DNA from: Candidatus Poribacteria bacterium
GTDB taxonomy: Bacteria > Poribacteria > WGA-4E > GCA-2687025
Length of the DNA stretch: 64,000 nucleotides
Reading direction: 5' to 3'
Assembly: GCA_963665845.2 (NCBI GenBank)
Contig: OY762492.1
Coordinates: 3,456,001 to 3,520,000, forward strand
The notes under the pieces are model-generated. The model did not search any database, was not told where the DNA came from, and saw only the letters and a program-made list of their open reading frames with translations. The translations under genes and the position numbers were made by a program. This document shows positions 1 to 10,584 of this stretch, piece by piece (position 1 is the stretch's first letter; each line of letters begins with the position of its first letter).

Positions 1-23
1 GCGCATGGGGCCGCCTAGGACCG

Positions 24-132
24 CCATTCCGCCCTTGCCCATGCGGTAAAACATAACGCGCGGGAATCTTAAGGCATTGCAGCCGCCGCGCCCGCCCTTT
101 AAACCCCCTGGTTCCCCCTTTTCAAGGGGAAT
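24..132. repeat. REP-like palindrome cluster (GCGGGAATC type plus CCCCCTTTTCAAGGGG type)
   Basis: cgcgggaatcttaaggc and ccccctggttccccctttt caaggggaatc motifs that recur in many intergenic regions of the window. Confidence 0.7.
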
Positions 133-252
133 CGGAGGCCGCGCGGCGCGAATATCCCCGTATGGACGTATCTACACGGGATCGGTTTCTGTTCGATCCA
201 ACGGCGTTCGGCGCTATCATAACGTTATCAATGAACGGCATGGAGCGGCGGT

Positions 253-1146
253 TTGACGGAACGGATACGCATTGGAACGCGGGGAAGCGCGCTGGCGCTG
301 GCGCAGACGCGGCTGGTCGCGGACGCGCTGACAGCGGAAGTGGAAACGCGCGTCATCCGCACAACAGGCGACCGCATCCAGGACAGACCGCTGCCGGAAA
401 TCGGCGGAAAAGGGCTGTTCACATCGGAGCTGGAGGCGGCTCTGCTGGAGGGACGCATCGACGCCGCCGTCCACAGCATGAAAGACATGCCGACCGAAAT
501 GGACGCGCGGCTCATGGTCGGCGCCGTTCCAGCGCGGGCAGCCCCGTTCGACGCGCTCATCACAGCCGACGGCGCCGCTTTAAAAGAGCTGCCTGAAGGC
601 GCGCGCGTCGGGACAAGCAGCCGACGGCGCGCCGCCCAGCTGCTTGCGGTCCGCCCTGACATAAACGCGGTACCGATACGCGGCAATGTGGACACGCGCA
701 TACGCAAACTGCGCAGCGAACCGTACGACGCGCTCATACTCGCCGCGGCGGGTCTGGAGCGCCTTGGACGCGCGGAGGAAATCGTTCAGCTGTTGAAGCC
801 GCCCATGATGCTGCCCGCCGTTGGGCAGGGCGCCTTATGCATACAGACGCGGAGAGGAGACGCGGAAACGCTGAAACTCCTGCAGCCCGCGCATGACGAG
901 GCGGCATGGCGCGCCGTTCAAGCCGAACGCGCCTTTCTGCGCGCCTTAGGCGGCGGCTGCCATACGCCCATCGCCGCTTACGCCGTATGGACGGAGGAGG
1001 ACGGCGCGGCGCTGACAGGGCGCGTCTTGAACGCGGACGGTTCAAAATGCGTGGAAGGCGCGCGCGTCGGACATGACCCTGAAAGGGTCGGGGCGGAGCT
1101 GGCTGAACAGCTGTTGAAACAAGGAGCGAAGGAGCTGCTGACATGA
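253..1146 (+). CDS. hemC: hydroxymethylbilane synthase (porphobilinogen deaminase)
   Basis: IGTRGSALALAQ, GGKGLFT, VHSMKD, GTSSRRR, RGNVDTR and GGGCHTPI motifs; TTG start with GGAG upstream. Confidence 0.97.
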   Translation: MTERIRIGTRGSALALAQTRLVADALTAEVETRVIRTTGDRIQDRPLPEIGGKGLFTSELEAALLEGRIDAAVHSMKDMPTEMDARLMVGAVPARAAPFDALITADGAALKELPEGARVGTSSRRRAAQLLAVRPDINAVPIRGNVDTRIRKLRSEPYDALILAAAGLERLGRAEEIVQLLKPPMMLPAVGQGALCIQTRRGDAETLKLLQPAHDEAAWRAVQAERAFLRALGGGCHTPIAAYAVWTEEDGAALTGRVLNADGSKCVEGARVGHDPERVGAELAEQLLKQGAKELLT

Positions 1147-2657
1147 CGGGGCGGGCGTATCTGATAGGCGCGGGTCCGGGCGATCCGAAGCTGTTGACGC
1201 TGCGCGGACGCGAGCTGCTGGAGCGCGCCGACATTATTTTTTACGACGCGCTGGCGAACCCGTCGCTGTTGAAACACGCGCGCCCGGACGCCGAAAAAGT
1301 GTATGTCGGCAAGCGCGGCGGCGAGAATTACATTCAACAGGAGGAGCTGAACGCGCGGCTCCTCCAATCGGCGCGGGAAGGCAAAACGATCGCCCGTCTC
1401 AAAGGCGGCGACCCGTTCATCTTCGGGCGCGGCGGCGAGGAGGCGGAAATGCTGCGCCTTGCGGGCGTCGATGTTGAGATCGCGCCGGGCGTTCCGTCGC
1501 CGCTCGCGGCGGCCGCTTACGCCGGCATTCCGTTGACACACCGCGAATACGCCTCTTCAGTCGCGTTCGTAACGGGTCATGAGGATCCGACGAAGCCGTC
1601 TCCCTCTGTCGACTGGAGAAAGCTGGCGGGCGCGGTCGACACGATCGCCGTTTTGATGGGTATGGGAAACCTGGCGCGCATCGCGGAGGAGCTGATGGCG
1701 GGGGGGCGTTCGCCAGAGACGCCGGCGGCGGTCGTTCAATGGGGGACGCTTCCGCGGCAGCGTACCGTTTTGGCGGCGTTGTCGACCGTCGCCGAGGAGG
1801 CGGAGAAGGCGGGCGTCGGCAGCCCCGCGATTGTTCTCATCGGCGAAGTGGCGCATCTGCGGGAGCGTCTGGCGTGGTTCGACCGCCGGCCCTTGTTTGG
1901 AAGAACGGCGGTCGTGACGCGCGCCCGTTCGCAGGCGAGTTCGCTGGTCGGCTTGCTGGAGGAGGCGGGGGCTGAAGTGATCGAATGTCCGGCGATTCGC
2001 GCCGTACCTTTAAAAGAGAACCCGCTTTTGGACGCCTCGGTCAAGATCCTCCGCGGTTTTGACTGGACGATCTTTTCAAGCGTGAACGCTGTGGACGCTT
2101 TCTGGGCGCGGCTGGAGTCTTCGGGTCTGGACGCGCGCGCGTTCGGCGCATGCAAGGTCGCCGCGGTCGGTCCGGCAACGGCGCGCCGCCTCCGAGAGCG
2201 CGGAATACAACCCGACCTTGTGCCGCGCGAGTCGCGTTCCGAGGGCGTTTTGAAGGAGATAGAGAATCCCATATGGAAGCGGTTTTTGCTGGTTCGGGCG
2301 TTGAAAGGGCGCGAAACGCTGCGCGAGGGGCTGCTCAACGCGGGAGCGGATGTGGTCGATGCGCCGGCGTATGAGACCCTTGCGGACGCGCAAAACGCCG
2401 ACCTTGTCAAAAAACGATTAGCGCAAGGGGGCGTAAACGTGGTAACATTTACCAGCGGATCGACGGTCGAGAATTTTTTAAAGGCTCTTGAGTCCGAGGA
2501 TGCGGCGGGATTGCTTCAAAATACGGCGGTCGCGGCGATCGGACCCGTGACGCGGGCGGCGGCGGAAGCGCGCGGCTTGAAGGTCGCCATCGAAGCGCCC
2601 GAAGCGAGCGTCGAATCGCTGGCGGAAGCGGTCCTCAATTATTTCGCGGGAAAGTGA
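1143..2657 (+). CDS. cobA: uroporphyrinogen-III C-methyltransferase / uroporphyrinogen-III synthase fusion (CobA-HemD)
   Basis: [14 protein letters not shown] and [16 protein letters not shown], followed by [29 protein letters not shown] and IGPVT; ATGA overlap with hemC. Confidence 0.95.
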   Translation: MTGRAYLIGAGPGDPKLLTLRGRELLERADIIFYDALANPSLLKHARPDAEKVYVGKRGGENYIQQEELNARLLQSAREGKTIARLKGGDPFIFGRGGEEAEMLRLAGVDVEIAPGVPSPLAAAAYAGIPLTHREYASSVAFVTGHEDPTKPSPSVDWRKLAGAVDTIAVLMGMGNLARIAEELMAGGRSPETPAAVVQWGTLPRQRTVLAALSTVAEEAEKAGVGSPAIVLIGEVAHLRERLAWFDRRPLFGRTAVVTRARSQASSLVGLLEEAGAEVIECPAIRAVPLKENPLLDASVKILRGFDWTIFSSVNAVDAFWARLESSGLDARAFGACKVAAVGPATARRLRERGIQPDLVPRESRSEGVLKEIENPIWKRFLLVRALKGRETLREGLLNAGADVVDAPAYETLADAQNADLVKKRLAQGGVNVVTFTSGSTVENFLKALESEDAAGLLQNTAVAAIGPVTRAAAEARGLKVAIEAPEASVESLAEAVLNYFAGK

Positions 2658-2664
2658 GCGGCTT

Positions 2665-3153
2665 ATGGAAAGCAAATGGATCAAGTTCGTTCTCGCCGGG
2701 ACGCTGCTGACAGCGGCGGCGGTTCTGTTGAGCGTTGTCGCCTTCAACAGCCCCGGCGCCAACCTTGTCCGCTTCACCCCAGACCAGCTGCTTGCGGACC
2801 AAGGCGGCGCGTCCGCCGGCGTTCAGGTAGACGGATGGGTGGCAGAGGGGACGGAACAGTACGACATCGACCAGCAGGAGCTGCGCTTTCAGGTCCGCGA
2901 CGCCGAAAGAACGGCGTTTATCGACGTCGTATACCGAGAAGGGCTGAAGCCGGACAGCTTCAAGGAGGGCCAGGGCGTCGTCGTGAGCGGACATTACAAC
3001 CGCGCCTCCAACACCATTCAGGCGTCCAAGCTGATGACAAAATGCCCCTCCAAATACGAAGCGGCGGACGGCGGTTACGCCGAGTCGGAAGGCGCGGCTG
3101 AACAGACAGAGGCGCCGCAATACTCCGAAAGCTCTCCTGAAAGCTCTCCATGA
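2665..3153 (+). CDS. ccmE: cytochrome c maturation heme chaperone CcmE, CxxxY variant
   Basis: N-terminal membrane anchor, PDSFKEGQGVVVSG, KCPSKY heme-binding motif; directly upstream of ccmF. Confidence 0.92.
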   Translation: MESKWIKFVLAGTLLTAAAVLLSVVAFNSPGANLVRFTPDQLLADQGGASAGVQVDGWVAEGTEQYDIDQQELRFQVRDAERTAFIDVVYREGLKPDSFKEGQGVVVSGHYNRASNTIQASKLMTKCPSKYEAADGGYAESEGAAEQTEAPQYSESSPESSP

Positions 3154-5342
3154 ACGACCGTCCGCGCGAGACGAAATTCGCTTTTTCCATCGCTTTTGCG
3201 TTTGTAGGCGTTTCGACGCTCATTTTTTTGCTGATGTCTAGGACGGACGATGTCGCTGCTACAGGATTTCCGCGCGCCGCCGTCTACATTGCCGCGGGCT
3301 GCGCGGCATGGGCATGCCTCGCGTTCGCTGTCGGGCTGCGCAGCCGGCATGAGGGCTGGCTCCGCAGCGCGCGGCGCGGGATTGTCGCCGCGTGGACGCT
3401 GATACTCTTTACGACCGTCTGCCTGCTCATCGCGCTGCTGTCCGACTGGCACCATGTCGAATATGTATGGCGCACTTCAACGCCGCAACAGCCCGTCCAT
3501 TACAAGTTGAGCGCTCTGTGGGGCGGCATGTCCGGCTCCATGCTGTTTTGGAACGCGATACTGACCTCCTGCGCCGCGCTGATGGTCTGGCGAAGCCGCG
3601 GCGAAGAGGACAGGCTGACCGATTACGCGCTCGGCGTCATGTCGGTCGTCATGCTGTTTTATGCGGTTTTATCGGCGGGGCTTGTCCCGGGCATCAGCAA
3701 CCCGTTTCAGCTGTTGAGCGACGACATCCGCATGCGCGTGGAGGCGGACGCGGCGGCGGGCGTTTCAACGCGCGGGCTTGGAATGAACCCGCTTTTACAG
3801 ACCCCCTTGATGATGATTCACCCCCCGAACCTGTACGGCGGCTTTGTGATCTGCACCGCGCCGTTCGCCTACGCGGTCGGGTCGATGCTTCAAGGGTCGG
3901 GAAGTACGCTCTGGCTCGCCCGTTCTCGGCGTTGGACCATCGCGGCGTGGCTGTTCTTGACGCTCGGCAACCTGCTCGGCGGCGCGTGGGCGTATAACGA
4001 ACTTGGATGGGGCGGCTACTGGGGCTGGGATCCTGTGGAGAACGCGGCGCTGCTGCCTTGGCTCATGATCACCGCGTTTCTCCATTCGGTCATGATTCAA
4101 GAGCGGCGCAACATGCTCAAGATATGGAACATCGCTCTCATCTCGCTCACCTTTCTGCTGGTTCTGTTTGGGACGATGCTGGTACGGTGCGGGCTGTTGA
4201 CATCTGTCCATGCGTTTGGAGAGTCGAGCGAGCTGCTGACCTATTTTGGAAGCTTTTTGGCGCTTTCAACCATCGCTGTCGTTTTGTTGATCGCGCGCCG
4301 ATGGCGCCGGCTGCGCAGCGTCAACCGATTCGATTCGCTGCTGTCTAAGGAGGCGGCGTTCCTTTTTAACAACTGGATCTTTGTGATCAGCGCCGCGGTT
4401 GTCCTGGCAGGCACCATTTTTCCGATCATTTCGGAAGCGTACTACACCTATGTGCGCGGAATTCCCGACCGCAAGATCGCCGTTTCGGAGCCGTATTACA
4501 ACGCTTTCATCGTTCCGCTTGGGCTGATTCTGCTCGCGCTGACAGGCGTCGGACCGATGATTTCATGGAAAAAAGCGACAGGCTCGAACCTTCGCCGCAA
4601 CTTCCTCTTGCCGACAGCGGCGGGCTTGATTGCGGCGCTGGCGTGCGTCGCCCCGTTCGTCATCATCGGGAATTCCTCCCCTGACGAATTCCCGTTATTG
4701 AAGACGATCTATTCGCTGCTGTGCGTTTTTGCGTCTGTGTTTGTGTTAGGGACAATCGCGCTGGAGTACTGGAAAGGCGTACGGATACGCATGCGGCGCG
4801 GGTCGCCGAATCTGTTTTCAGCCTTGTTCAAATTGACGAATCAGAATCGGCGGCGGTACGGCGGTTATATTGTGCATATCGGCGTCGCGCTGTTTTATAT
4901 CGGCGCGCTGGGGTCGAACGGGTTTCAGCTGTCGGATCGGGTGATACTGGCGCCGGGCGAAACGCATCAGATTGCCGGTTATCAGCTAAAATACGCCGGC
5001 GAGCCGTTTCAAAAGCGCGGTCCGAACGCCGTTTTCCATGGCGTTCCGATTGAGGTGTCCAAAAACGGCAGCGGACCTATCGCCCAACTGGAGCCGTCCC
5101 GCGGCATGTACGACGCCAGCGAATCGGCGACATACGAATCCGACACGCTGCGCCGCTTGTCGGGCGACCTGTATATATCTCTAGGCGGGGTCAACGAGGA
5201 GGGGAAAGCCGATATGCAGGTGTACTACAACCCGCTCGCATGGGTCGTTCTATGGGCGGTTCCGATTGTGATGATCATCGGCGGGGCGGTCTGTCTAGCG
5301 GAGCGGATCAAATACCGGCCGACGAAAGGAGCGGAAGCATGA
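3150..5342 (+). CDS. ccmF: cytochrome c heme lyase CcmF
   Basis: LWGGMSGSMLFW, GMNPLLQ, IHPP, WAYNELGWGGYWGWDPVENA, SVHAF and RYGGYIVHIG motifs. Confidence 0.97.
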   Translation: MNDRPRETKFAFSIAFAFVGVSTLIFLLMSRTDDVAATGFPRAAVYIAAGCAAWACLAFAVGLRSRHEGWLRSARRGIVAAWTLILFTTVCLLIALLSDWHHVEYVWRTSTPQQPVHYKLSALWGGMSGSMLFWNAILTSCAALMVWRSRGEEDRLTDYALGVMSVVMLFYAVLSAGLVPGISNPFQLLSDDIRMRVEADAAAGVSTRGLGMNPLLQTPLMMIHPPNLYGGFVICTAPFAYAVGSMLQGSGSTLWLARSRRWTIAAWLFLTLGNLLGGAWAYNELGWGGYWGWDPVENAALLPWLMITAFLHSVMIQERRNMLKIWNIALISLTFLLVLFGTMLVRCGLLTSVHAFGESSELLTYFGSFLALSTIAVVLLIARRWRRLRSVNRFDSLLSKEAAFLFNNWIFVISAAVVLAGTIFPIISEAYYTYVRGIPDRKIAVSEPYYNAFIVPLGLILLALTGVGPMISWKKATGSNLRRNFLLPTAAGLIAALACVAPFVIIGNSSPDEFPLLKTIYSLLCVFASVFVLGTIALEYWKGVRIRMRRGSPNLFSALFKLTNQNRRRYGGYIVHIGVALFYIGALGSNGFQLSDRVILAPGETHQIAGYQLKYAGEPFQKRGPNAVFHGVPIEVSKNGSGPIAQLEPSRGMYDASESATYESDTLRRLSGDLYISLGGVNEEGKADMQVYYNPLAWVVLWAVPIVMIIGGAVCLAERIKYRPTKGAEA

Positions 5343-5806
5343 AACGGATCGCGTTTGCGGCGGCGTTGACCGTTGTTCTTACGGTTGGCGCCGCCGAGGA
5401 GAGCGGACCGCTGACGCCGATACAGCAGGCGGCGCTGAAGAAAGCGTCGCAAAGCGTCCTTTGCGGCTGCGCCGACTGCCCGCCGACAATTCTGCGCGAC
5501 TGCATGTGTCATTGGGCGCGCGACGCCAGGGATGTCATGACGGAGCAGGCGCAGGGGGGAGAGACGGCGGAGCAGATTGCGGCGGCGTATATTGAAAAGT
5601 ATGGGGAGCGGTATCTTGCGGCGCCGAAGAAGGAAGGTTTTGATCTACTGCTTTGGATCTTGCCGGCGGTTCTGTTTGCGGCGGCGACGGCGTTTCTCTG
5701 GTTTTTCTTAAAAACTCAAAAAGAGAGGGCGGAAGAGACGGCGGCGGAGCAGCCCTCGGACGAGTATCGAGAGCGAATTGAAAACGAGCTGAAGGCGCGG
5801 GGATGA
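5339..5806 (+). CDS. ccmH: cytochrome c biogenesis protein CcmH
   Basis: signal peptide, LCGCADC..DCMC, YIEKYGERYLAAP..GFDLLLWILP; ATGA overlap with ccmF. Confidence 0.85.
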   Translation: MKRIAFAAALTVVLTVGAAEESGPLTPIQQAALKKASQSVLCGCADCPPTILRDCMCHWARDARDVMTEQAQGGETAEQIAAAYIEKYGERYLAAPKKEGFDLLLWILPAVLFAAATAFLWFFLKTQKERAEETAAEQPSDEYRERIENELKARG

Positions 5807-5860
5807 CGATTAACGGCGCGGAATGGTTTTGGCGGATGCGGACGTTGTTTGCGCCGCCTA

Positions 5861-6031
5861 AGATTCCCGCTTACGCGGGAATGACGAAGAGAGAGGGGCG
5901 GGAATGACCCCCGTTTTCACGGGGCAGGCTATGGGGCGCGGGAATGCATGCCCTCGCGGAAGCGGGGGACGAAGAGAGAGGCGCGGGAATGCATGCCCTC
6001 GCGGAAGCGGGGGACGAAGAGAGAGGCGCGG
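5861..6031. repeat. REP-like palindrome plus 45-bp tandem duplication inside the ccm operon
   Basis: gattcccgcttacgcgggaatgacg, then gcgcgggaatgcatgccctcgcggaagcgggggacgaagagagag at 5936 and 5981. Confidence 0.85.
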
Positions 6032-6060
6032 AACCGTATGAGCGTTGGGGCAGGTTCAAG

Positions 6061-6444
6061 ATGACGGCGGAGACGGCTCTGTTTGCCGCATTGTGCGCGT
6101 TGGCGCTGCTCGGTTTGCTTTATTTGGGAAGCCCGATTTTGAGCGCCGGCGGGCAGCGTTTTGAGGCGCGCGACACGGAGCTGGACGAGCTGATGATCGA
6201 ACGGGAGCGCAGTTATACGGCTCTTGCCGATCTGGATTTTGACAAGGAATGCGGTAAGATTTCGGACGCTGATTATGAGCGGCTGCGCGCCGATCTGATG
6301 CGCGAAACGGCGCACATACTGGCGGAGATGGACGCGCGCATTGAGGCGCGGGGAGGATCGCCGACCGCGGCCGCCGGCGCCGTTGACGACGACCTGCTGG
6401 AGCGGGAGATCGAAGCGTTCAAGAAAGCGCGGGAGCGGTACTGA
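6061..6444 (+). CDS. small membrane-anchored ccm-associated protein (CcmI N-terminal-like)
   Basis: TM helix followed by LADLDFDKECGKISDADYERLR; start placed at ATG 6061 because the longer ORF runs through repeat DNA. Confidence 0.65.
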   Translation: MTAETALFAALCALALLGLLYLGSPILSAGGQRFEARDTELDELMIERERSYTALADLDFDKECGKISDADYERLRADLMRETAHILAEMDARIEARGGSPTAAAGAVDDDLLEREIEAFKKARERY

Positions 6445-8174
6445 TGAGGCTTGCTGTACGGTTCGCCGCCGTTCTATGCGCAGCGGCGGCGGCGTTTTTA
6501 ACTGCAGACGCCCAGACAAACGGAACGATACGCGGACGCCTTCTCGACGCGGCGACCGAGCAGGCGTACGACGGCGTGGACGTAACTCTCACATGGACGC
6601 AGGACGGCAAAACGGAGCGGCGCGTTCAACAAACGCAGAACGGCGGGCGGTATGAATTCACGAACCTTCCTGTTCAGCTGGAGCTGTCGTTCACGTTGTC
6701 GGCGGAGGTAGAGGGAGAGCTTATTGAGCGGAAGGGCGCCGCGCTGTCGGAGTGGACGCCGGAGATGGTCTACGATTTGAAGCGCGTTGCGGCAACTTCA
6801 GACAACGCCGAACTGGCGACGCGCCTCGTCATTGCGATTCACGATTCGGGCGACCGCGGTTCATGGAGGCTGGCGGAATTCATCACGATAGAAAATAAGG
6901 GCGCCGAGAATTATGTCCACGCGGACGCCGACGGCAAACAGATTCCTTTGCTTTTAGACGCGCCGGCGGGAGCGTCGGAGCTTTCTGGACAGCGTCAGGC
7001 AATTGACGGCGCCTCAACCCCGCTTCAAATAGACGAAATGGGCGCGCTTCTGAACGACCCGCTGCCGTCGGGTCAAACGCTCATCACCTACTCCTACAAC
7101 CTTTCGGCGGAGCCGCCGCTGGACCTGTCGCGGACGCTTCATCTTCCGATGGACGAAATACTTGTGTTGGTCGAAAATCCGAACGGGAGAGTCGTTTCGG
7201 ACGGGTTCGAGTCGACAGGCTCGCAGACGATTGGAGGCGCCACTTTCCAGCGTTTTGAGCTGAAAAACGCGCCGGCGGGACAGAATATACCGATACGGGT
7301 GGAGCTGCCCTCGTTGTCGGCGCAGCTGATGATCATGCTTCAGGCGGCGGAAACGGACGGGTTCGTTGAGGCGGTTGAGTTTCTGCATGTTCAAAACAGC
7401 GGGAGCGAGGATTTCAGCGAAACGGATCATGACGGAAACCCGATCGGTCTGCATATCCATCTGCCGGAGGGCGCGCGGGATATAAAGGCGGGCGGCGCCG
7501 GCGGGCGGCCGATTCAAACGCGGACAGACGAAACAGGCGTCAGCGTTGTCGACCCGATACCGCCGGGAATCACAACGATTGAGCTGGCGTATTCCATGCC
7601 GGTCGGCGCGCCGATAGACCTGTCGCGTTCGTTTCATATTCCGGTGAGCGAGATACGGGCGGCGCTAGAGAATTCGCGCGCCTGGATCGCCTCTCCGCTT
7701 TTCATCATGCAAGGCTCCGAGTCGATCCACGGGGACGGAAGCGGCGCGCCGACGATGCGCGTCAACCTATTCACGCGGCATAACATTCCGTTTGGCAGCC
7801 CCGTTCCGATACGGGTCGATTTTTTCGGCGGCGCGGCTTCCAGTACCGAGGGAGTCCCGGTTTTCTTGGCGGCTTTGATTGGCGCGCTTGCGTTGACGGT
7901 CGGCGGCGCGGTCGGCTCATGGGTCTCGCAGTCGCGTTCGTTGAACAAAAGAACGGCGGAGGAGCCGGAGCCGCCCCCTCGTCCGATGGAGAAGCTGAAA
8001 CGTTTCAAGGCGGGCGATCTGGCGGTCATGAAGCGGATGCTGCTGGAGCAGATCGCCGAGCTGGACGCCCAGCGGGAACAGAACGCGCTGACAGGCGCCG
8101 CCCACCGGCAGATGCGCGATGAGGCGAAGGCGCGCCTTGCCCGCGTCATTGAGCAGCAAGAGGCGCCGCGATGA
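6444..8174 (+). CDS. exported, membrane-anchored protein with carboxypeptidase-regulatory-like N-domain and a duplicated beta domain
   Basis: signal peptide, GTIRGRLLD..GRYEFTNL, two similar domains, C-terminal TM and helical tail; TGATG coupling. Confidence 0.7.
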   Translation: MRLAVRFAAVLCAAAAAFLTADAQTNGTIRGRLLDAATEQAYDGVDVTLTWTQDGKTERRVQQTQNGGRYEFTNLPVQLELSFTLSAEVEGELIERKGAALSEWTPEMVYDLKRVAATSDNAELATRLVIAIHDSGDRGSWRLAEFITIENKGAENYVHADADGKQIPLLLDAPAGASELSGQRQAIDGASTPLQIDEMGALLNDPLPSGQTLITYSYNLSAEPPLDLSRTLHLPMDEILVLVENPNGRVVSDGFESTGSQTIGGATFQRFELKNAPAGQNIPIRVELPSLSAQLMIMLQAAETDGFVEAVEFLHVQNSGSEDFSETDHDGNPIGLHIHLPEGARDIKAGGAGGRPIQTRTDETGVSVVDPIPPGITTIELAYSMPVGAPIDLSRSFHIPVSEIRAALENSRAWIASPLFIMQGSESIHGDGSGAPTMRVNLFTRHNIPFGSPVPIRVDFFGGAASSTEGVPVFLAALIGALALTVGGAVGSWVSQSRSLNKRTAEEPEPPPRPMEKLKRFKAGDLAVMKRMLLEQIAELDAQREQNALTGAAHRQMRDEAKARLARVIEQQEAPR

Positions 8175-8181
8175 GCCGCCG

Positions 8182-8835
8182 ATGAACGGGCTTTCGGCGG
8201 AGCGTCTAGAAAAGAGGCGCGGCGGGCTTCCTGTTCTGCGCGGGGCGACGCTTCAACTGGAGCGCGGCGCAAGCCTGTCGCTGATCGGAGCGAACGGAAG
8301 CGGAAAGACGACGCTGCTGGAGCTGCTGGCGGGGCTGTCCCGCCCGAACGGCGGGTCGATCTTTTGGAACGGCGTGGACGCGCGGAAGCGTCCCATGAAC
8401 TACCGCCGCTGCGTCGGGTACGCGGCGCATGAGCCGTTGATTTATCCTGAATGGTCGGGTCGGCAAAACTTGCTTTTTTTTGCGCGGCTGCGGGGCATCG
8501 ACAATCCGCGCTTGCAGGTTGAACAGGAACTGAACGAGGCGGGGCTGGCTCCCTTCGCCGAGACGCCCGCGCGGTTCTACTCAAGAGGGATGACGCAGCG
8601 TCTGGCGCTGGCGCGCGTTTTTTTGCGCCGTTCAGAGCTGCTGCTTTTGGACGAGCCGTTCGCCGGCTTGGACGAAGAATCGCGCCGGCGCCTGCTGGAT
8701 CGGCTGCATCGAGAACGGGAGAGAGGAGCCGCGCTCATCCTTGCGACGCATGACGCCGAGATCAGCCGCCAAGCATGCGAACGCGAAGCGCGTCTGCTGG
8801 AGGGAGCGGTCGTTTTGAGCGGCGGCAATGAATGA
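8182..8835 (+). CDS. ccmA: heme exporter ATP-binding protein CcmA
   Basis: GANGSGKT, YSRGMTQR, LLLDEP; ccm context. Confidence 0.9.
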   Translation: MNGLSAERLEKRRGGLPVLRGATLQLERGASLSLIGANGSGKTTLLELLAGLSRPNGGSIFWNGVDARKRPMNYRRCVGYAAHEPLIYPEWSGRQNLLFFARLRGIDNPRLQVEQELNEAGLAPFAETPARFYSRGMTQRLALARVFLRRSELLLLDEPFAGLDEESRRRLLDRLHRERERGAALILATHDAEISRQACEREARLLEGAVVLSGGNE

Positions 8836-9545
8836 AACACACGTTTGCGCAATTCAGCCGCCTCTTTTACAAAGACCTGTCGCTCCAATGGCGCAGTCGG
8901 GGGGCGATGGCGGTGGCGCTGCTGTTTTCGTTGACGGCGGTCATGCTGTTCGCGCTGGTGTACGGTCCCTTCTTCTCGCCGCCGGAGCTTCCGATGGAGG
9001 CGCGGCGGCGCGAGCTGGCGAAACTTGCCTCCAGCGTCTACTGGACGGCGGCGGCGTTTGCAGGCGTTGTCGCCGTGTACCGCAGCGCGGAGGCGGACAG
9101 GGAAGCGGGCGGAATCAAGGCGGTACGAATGGACGCGGACGGCTCCGTCATTTATGCCGCGAGAGTCTGCGCCTTGAGCGTCATGTTATGCTTGACGCAG
9201 CTGGCGCTCGGTTTGTTGACGGCGGCGTTTTTCGACATTGCCTGGTTGACGCTGGGCGATGTCCTGCGGCTGATCGGAGTCGGCGCGGCGGCGGCGGTCG
9301 GACTTGGAGCGGTCGGCGCGCTGATGGGCGCCATGGCGGCGTCTATGCGCGGCGGCGAAGGGCTGCTCTCGGCGGGAATGCTGCCCCTTCAGTTGCCGCT
9401 GCTTATGGCGGCGTCCAAATGCGCGGCTCCGATCTGGGCGTCCGAGCCGATACCGGAAAAGATGTGGATCGCGCTGCTTGCCTCGTATGCGCTCATCATG
9501 TCGGCGGTCGGGCTGCTGCTTTTTGAACTTGTTTTGGAGGATTAA
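8832..9545 (+). CDS. ccmB: heme exporter permease CcmB
   Basis: KDLSLQWRSR start, multiple TM helices, LPLQLPLL; lies between ccmA and ccmC. Confidence 0.85.
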   Translation: MKHTFAQFSRLFYKDLSLQWRSRGAMAVALLFSLTAVMLFALVYGPFFSPPELPMEARRRELAKLASSVYWTAAAFAGVVAVYRSAEADREAGGIKAVRMDADGSVIYAARVCALSVMLCLTQLALGLLTAAFFDIAWLTLGDVLRLIGVGAAAAVGLGAVGALMGAMAASMRGGEGLLSAGMLPLQLPLLMAASKCAAPIWASEPIPEKMWIALLASYALIMSAVGLLLFELVLED

Positions 9546-9546
9546 A

Positions 9547-10212
9547 ATGACGAAAATGCAGGCGGGGGCGGTCGTTTCAACGCTGGCGGTTTTTGCGGCG
9601 TTGACGGTCGTGTTCCTGTTTTTGCCGCTTGAAAAGGAGATGCTTGAGGCGCAAAAGATTTTCTATTTTCACGTCTCGTTTGCGTTCACGATGTTTCTGG
9701 CGTGCGTTGTGACGGCGGTTGCCGGCGGATATTATCTTGCGCGGGGAGGCGCGCTGGCGGACGCGGTCGCGGGGGCGTCGGCGGAAGCGGCGTTTCTGTT
9801 CGCGTCGATCGTGCTGTTGACCGGAATGTTCTGGGCGCGCAGTTCGTGGAATGCATGGTGGAGCTGGGAGCCGCGCCTGACCTCCATGCTGGCGCTGTGG
9901 GCGATCTACGCGGGTTATCTGCTGTTTCGGGCAAACGCGCGCGGGGAGACGCGCCGCCGCCTCTCGTCGGTCTACGGGATCGCCGCGTGCGTCATGGTTC
10001 CCATCGTGTACTACTCCATCAAGCTGTGGGGAAGCGTCATGCACCCGCCGCAGGGGACGATCTTCAACATGGAAGGTTCCATGCAGGTCGGCTTGCTCAT
10101 CAGTTTCGCGGCGGTTTTAACCGTGTATGCGTCGCTGATCGCGCTTCGTTCTCAAATCGAGACGGCGGAGCGGCGCTTGGAGTCTCTCTGGCAAAACGAA
10201 GGAGGGCGGTAA
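9547..10212 (+). CDS. ccmC: heme exporter / cytochrome c biogenesis protein CcmC
   Basis: KIFYFHV, TGMFWARSSWNAWWSWEPRLT (WWD domain, WEPRL variant), MHP. Confidence 0.93.
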   Translation: MTKMQAGAVVSTLAVFAALTVVFLFLPLEKEMLEAQKIFYFHVSFAFTMFLACVVTAVAGGYYLARGGALADAVAGASAEAAFLFASIVLLTGMFWARSSWNAWWSWEPRLTSMLALWAIYAGYLLFRANARGETRRRLSSVYGIAACVMVPIVYYSIKLWGSVMHPPQGTIFNMEGSMQVGLLISFAAVLTVYASLIALRSQIETAERRLESLWQNEGGR

Positions 10213-10213
10213 G

Positions 10214-10534
10214 ATGCGGGCGGCATGGATCGCGTTTGCGGTCAGTTTTGCGGTATGTACAGCGTTGGCGTTTATGACAACGGCGCCGGTGGGCGTCTCG
10301 GCGGAGGATGTGCGCGCCGAGGCGGAGGCTGCTCAAACGGCGGCTCCCGATCTGCTGTCGGACGAGGCAATTCAAAAGGCGGTCGACTATTTAGAGAAGA
10401 AGCAGCGCCGTCGGCTCAACTACCTTTTTTCGGCGTATCTTGTGTTGTGGGGCTTGCTGGGACTGTATCTTTACACGCTGGCGCGGAGACAGGCGCGCAT
10501 TGACGCGGAGCTGGAGCGGTTGAGCGCGTTGTGA
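10214..10534 (+). CDS. CcmD-like protein with N-terminal extension
   Basis: C-terminal YLFSAYLVLWGLLGLYLYTLARRQARIDAELERL; follows ccmC. Confidence 0.7.
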   Translation: MRAAWIAFAVSFAVCTALAFMTTAPVGVSAEDVRAEAEAAQTAAPDLLSDEAIQKAVDYLEKKQRRRLNYLFSAYLVLWGLLGLYLYTLARRQARIDAELERLSAL

Positions 10535-10584
10535 GAGGAGGCGCCTGAAGACAGCGGGGAGTGAACGCCGCCGCCCGCTGTCCG

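Noticed and set aside
5944-6060. N-terminal MHALAEAGDEERGAG repeats of ORF 5944-6444
   Set aside because: Translation of the 45-bp repeat duplication; ATG 6061 is the more plausible start.
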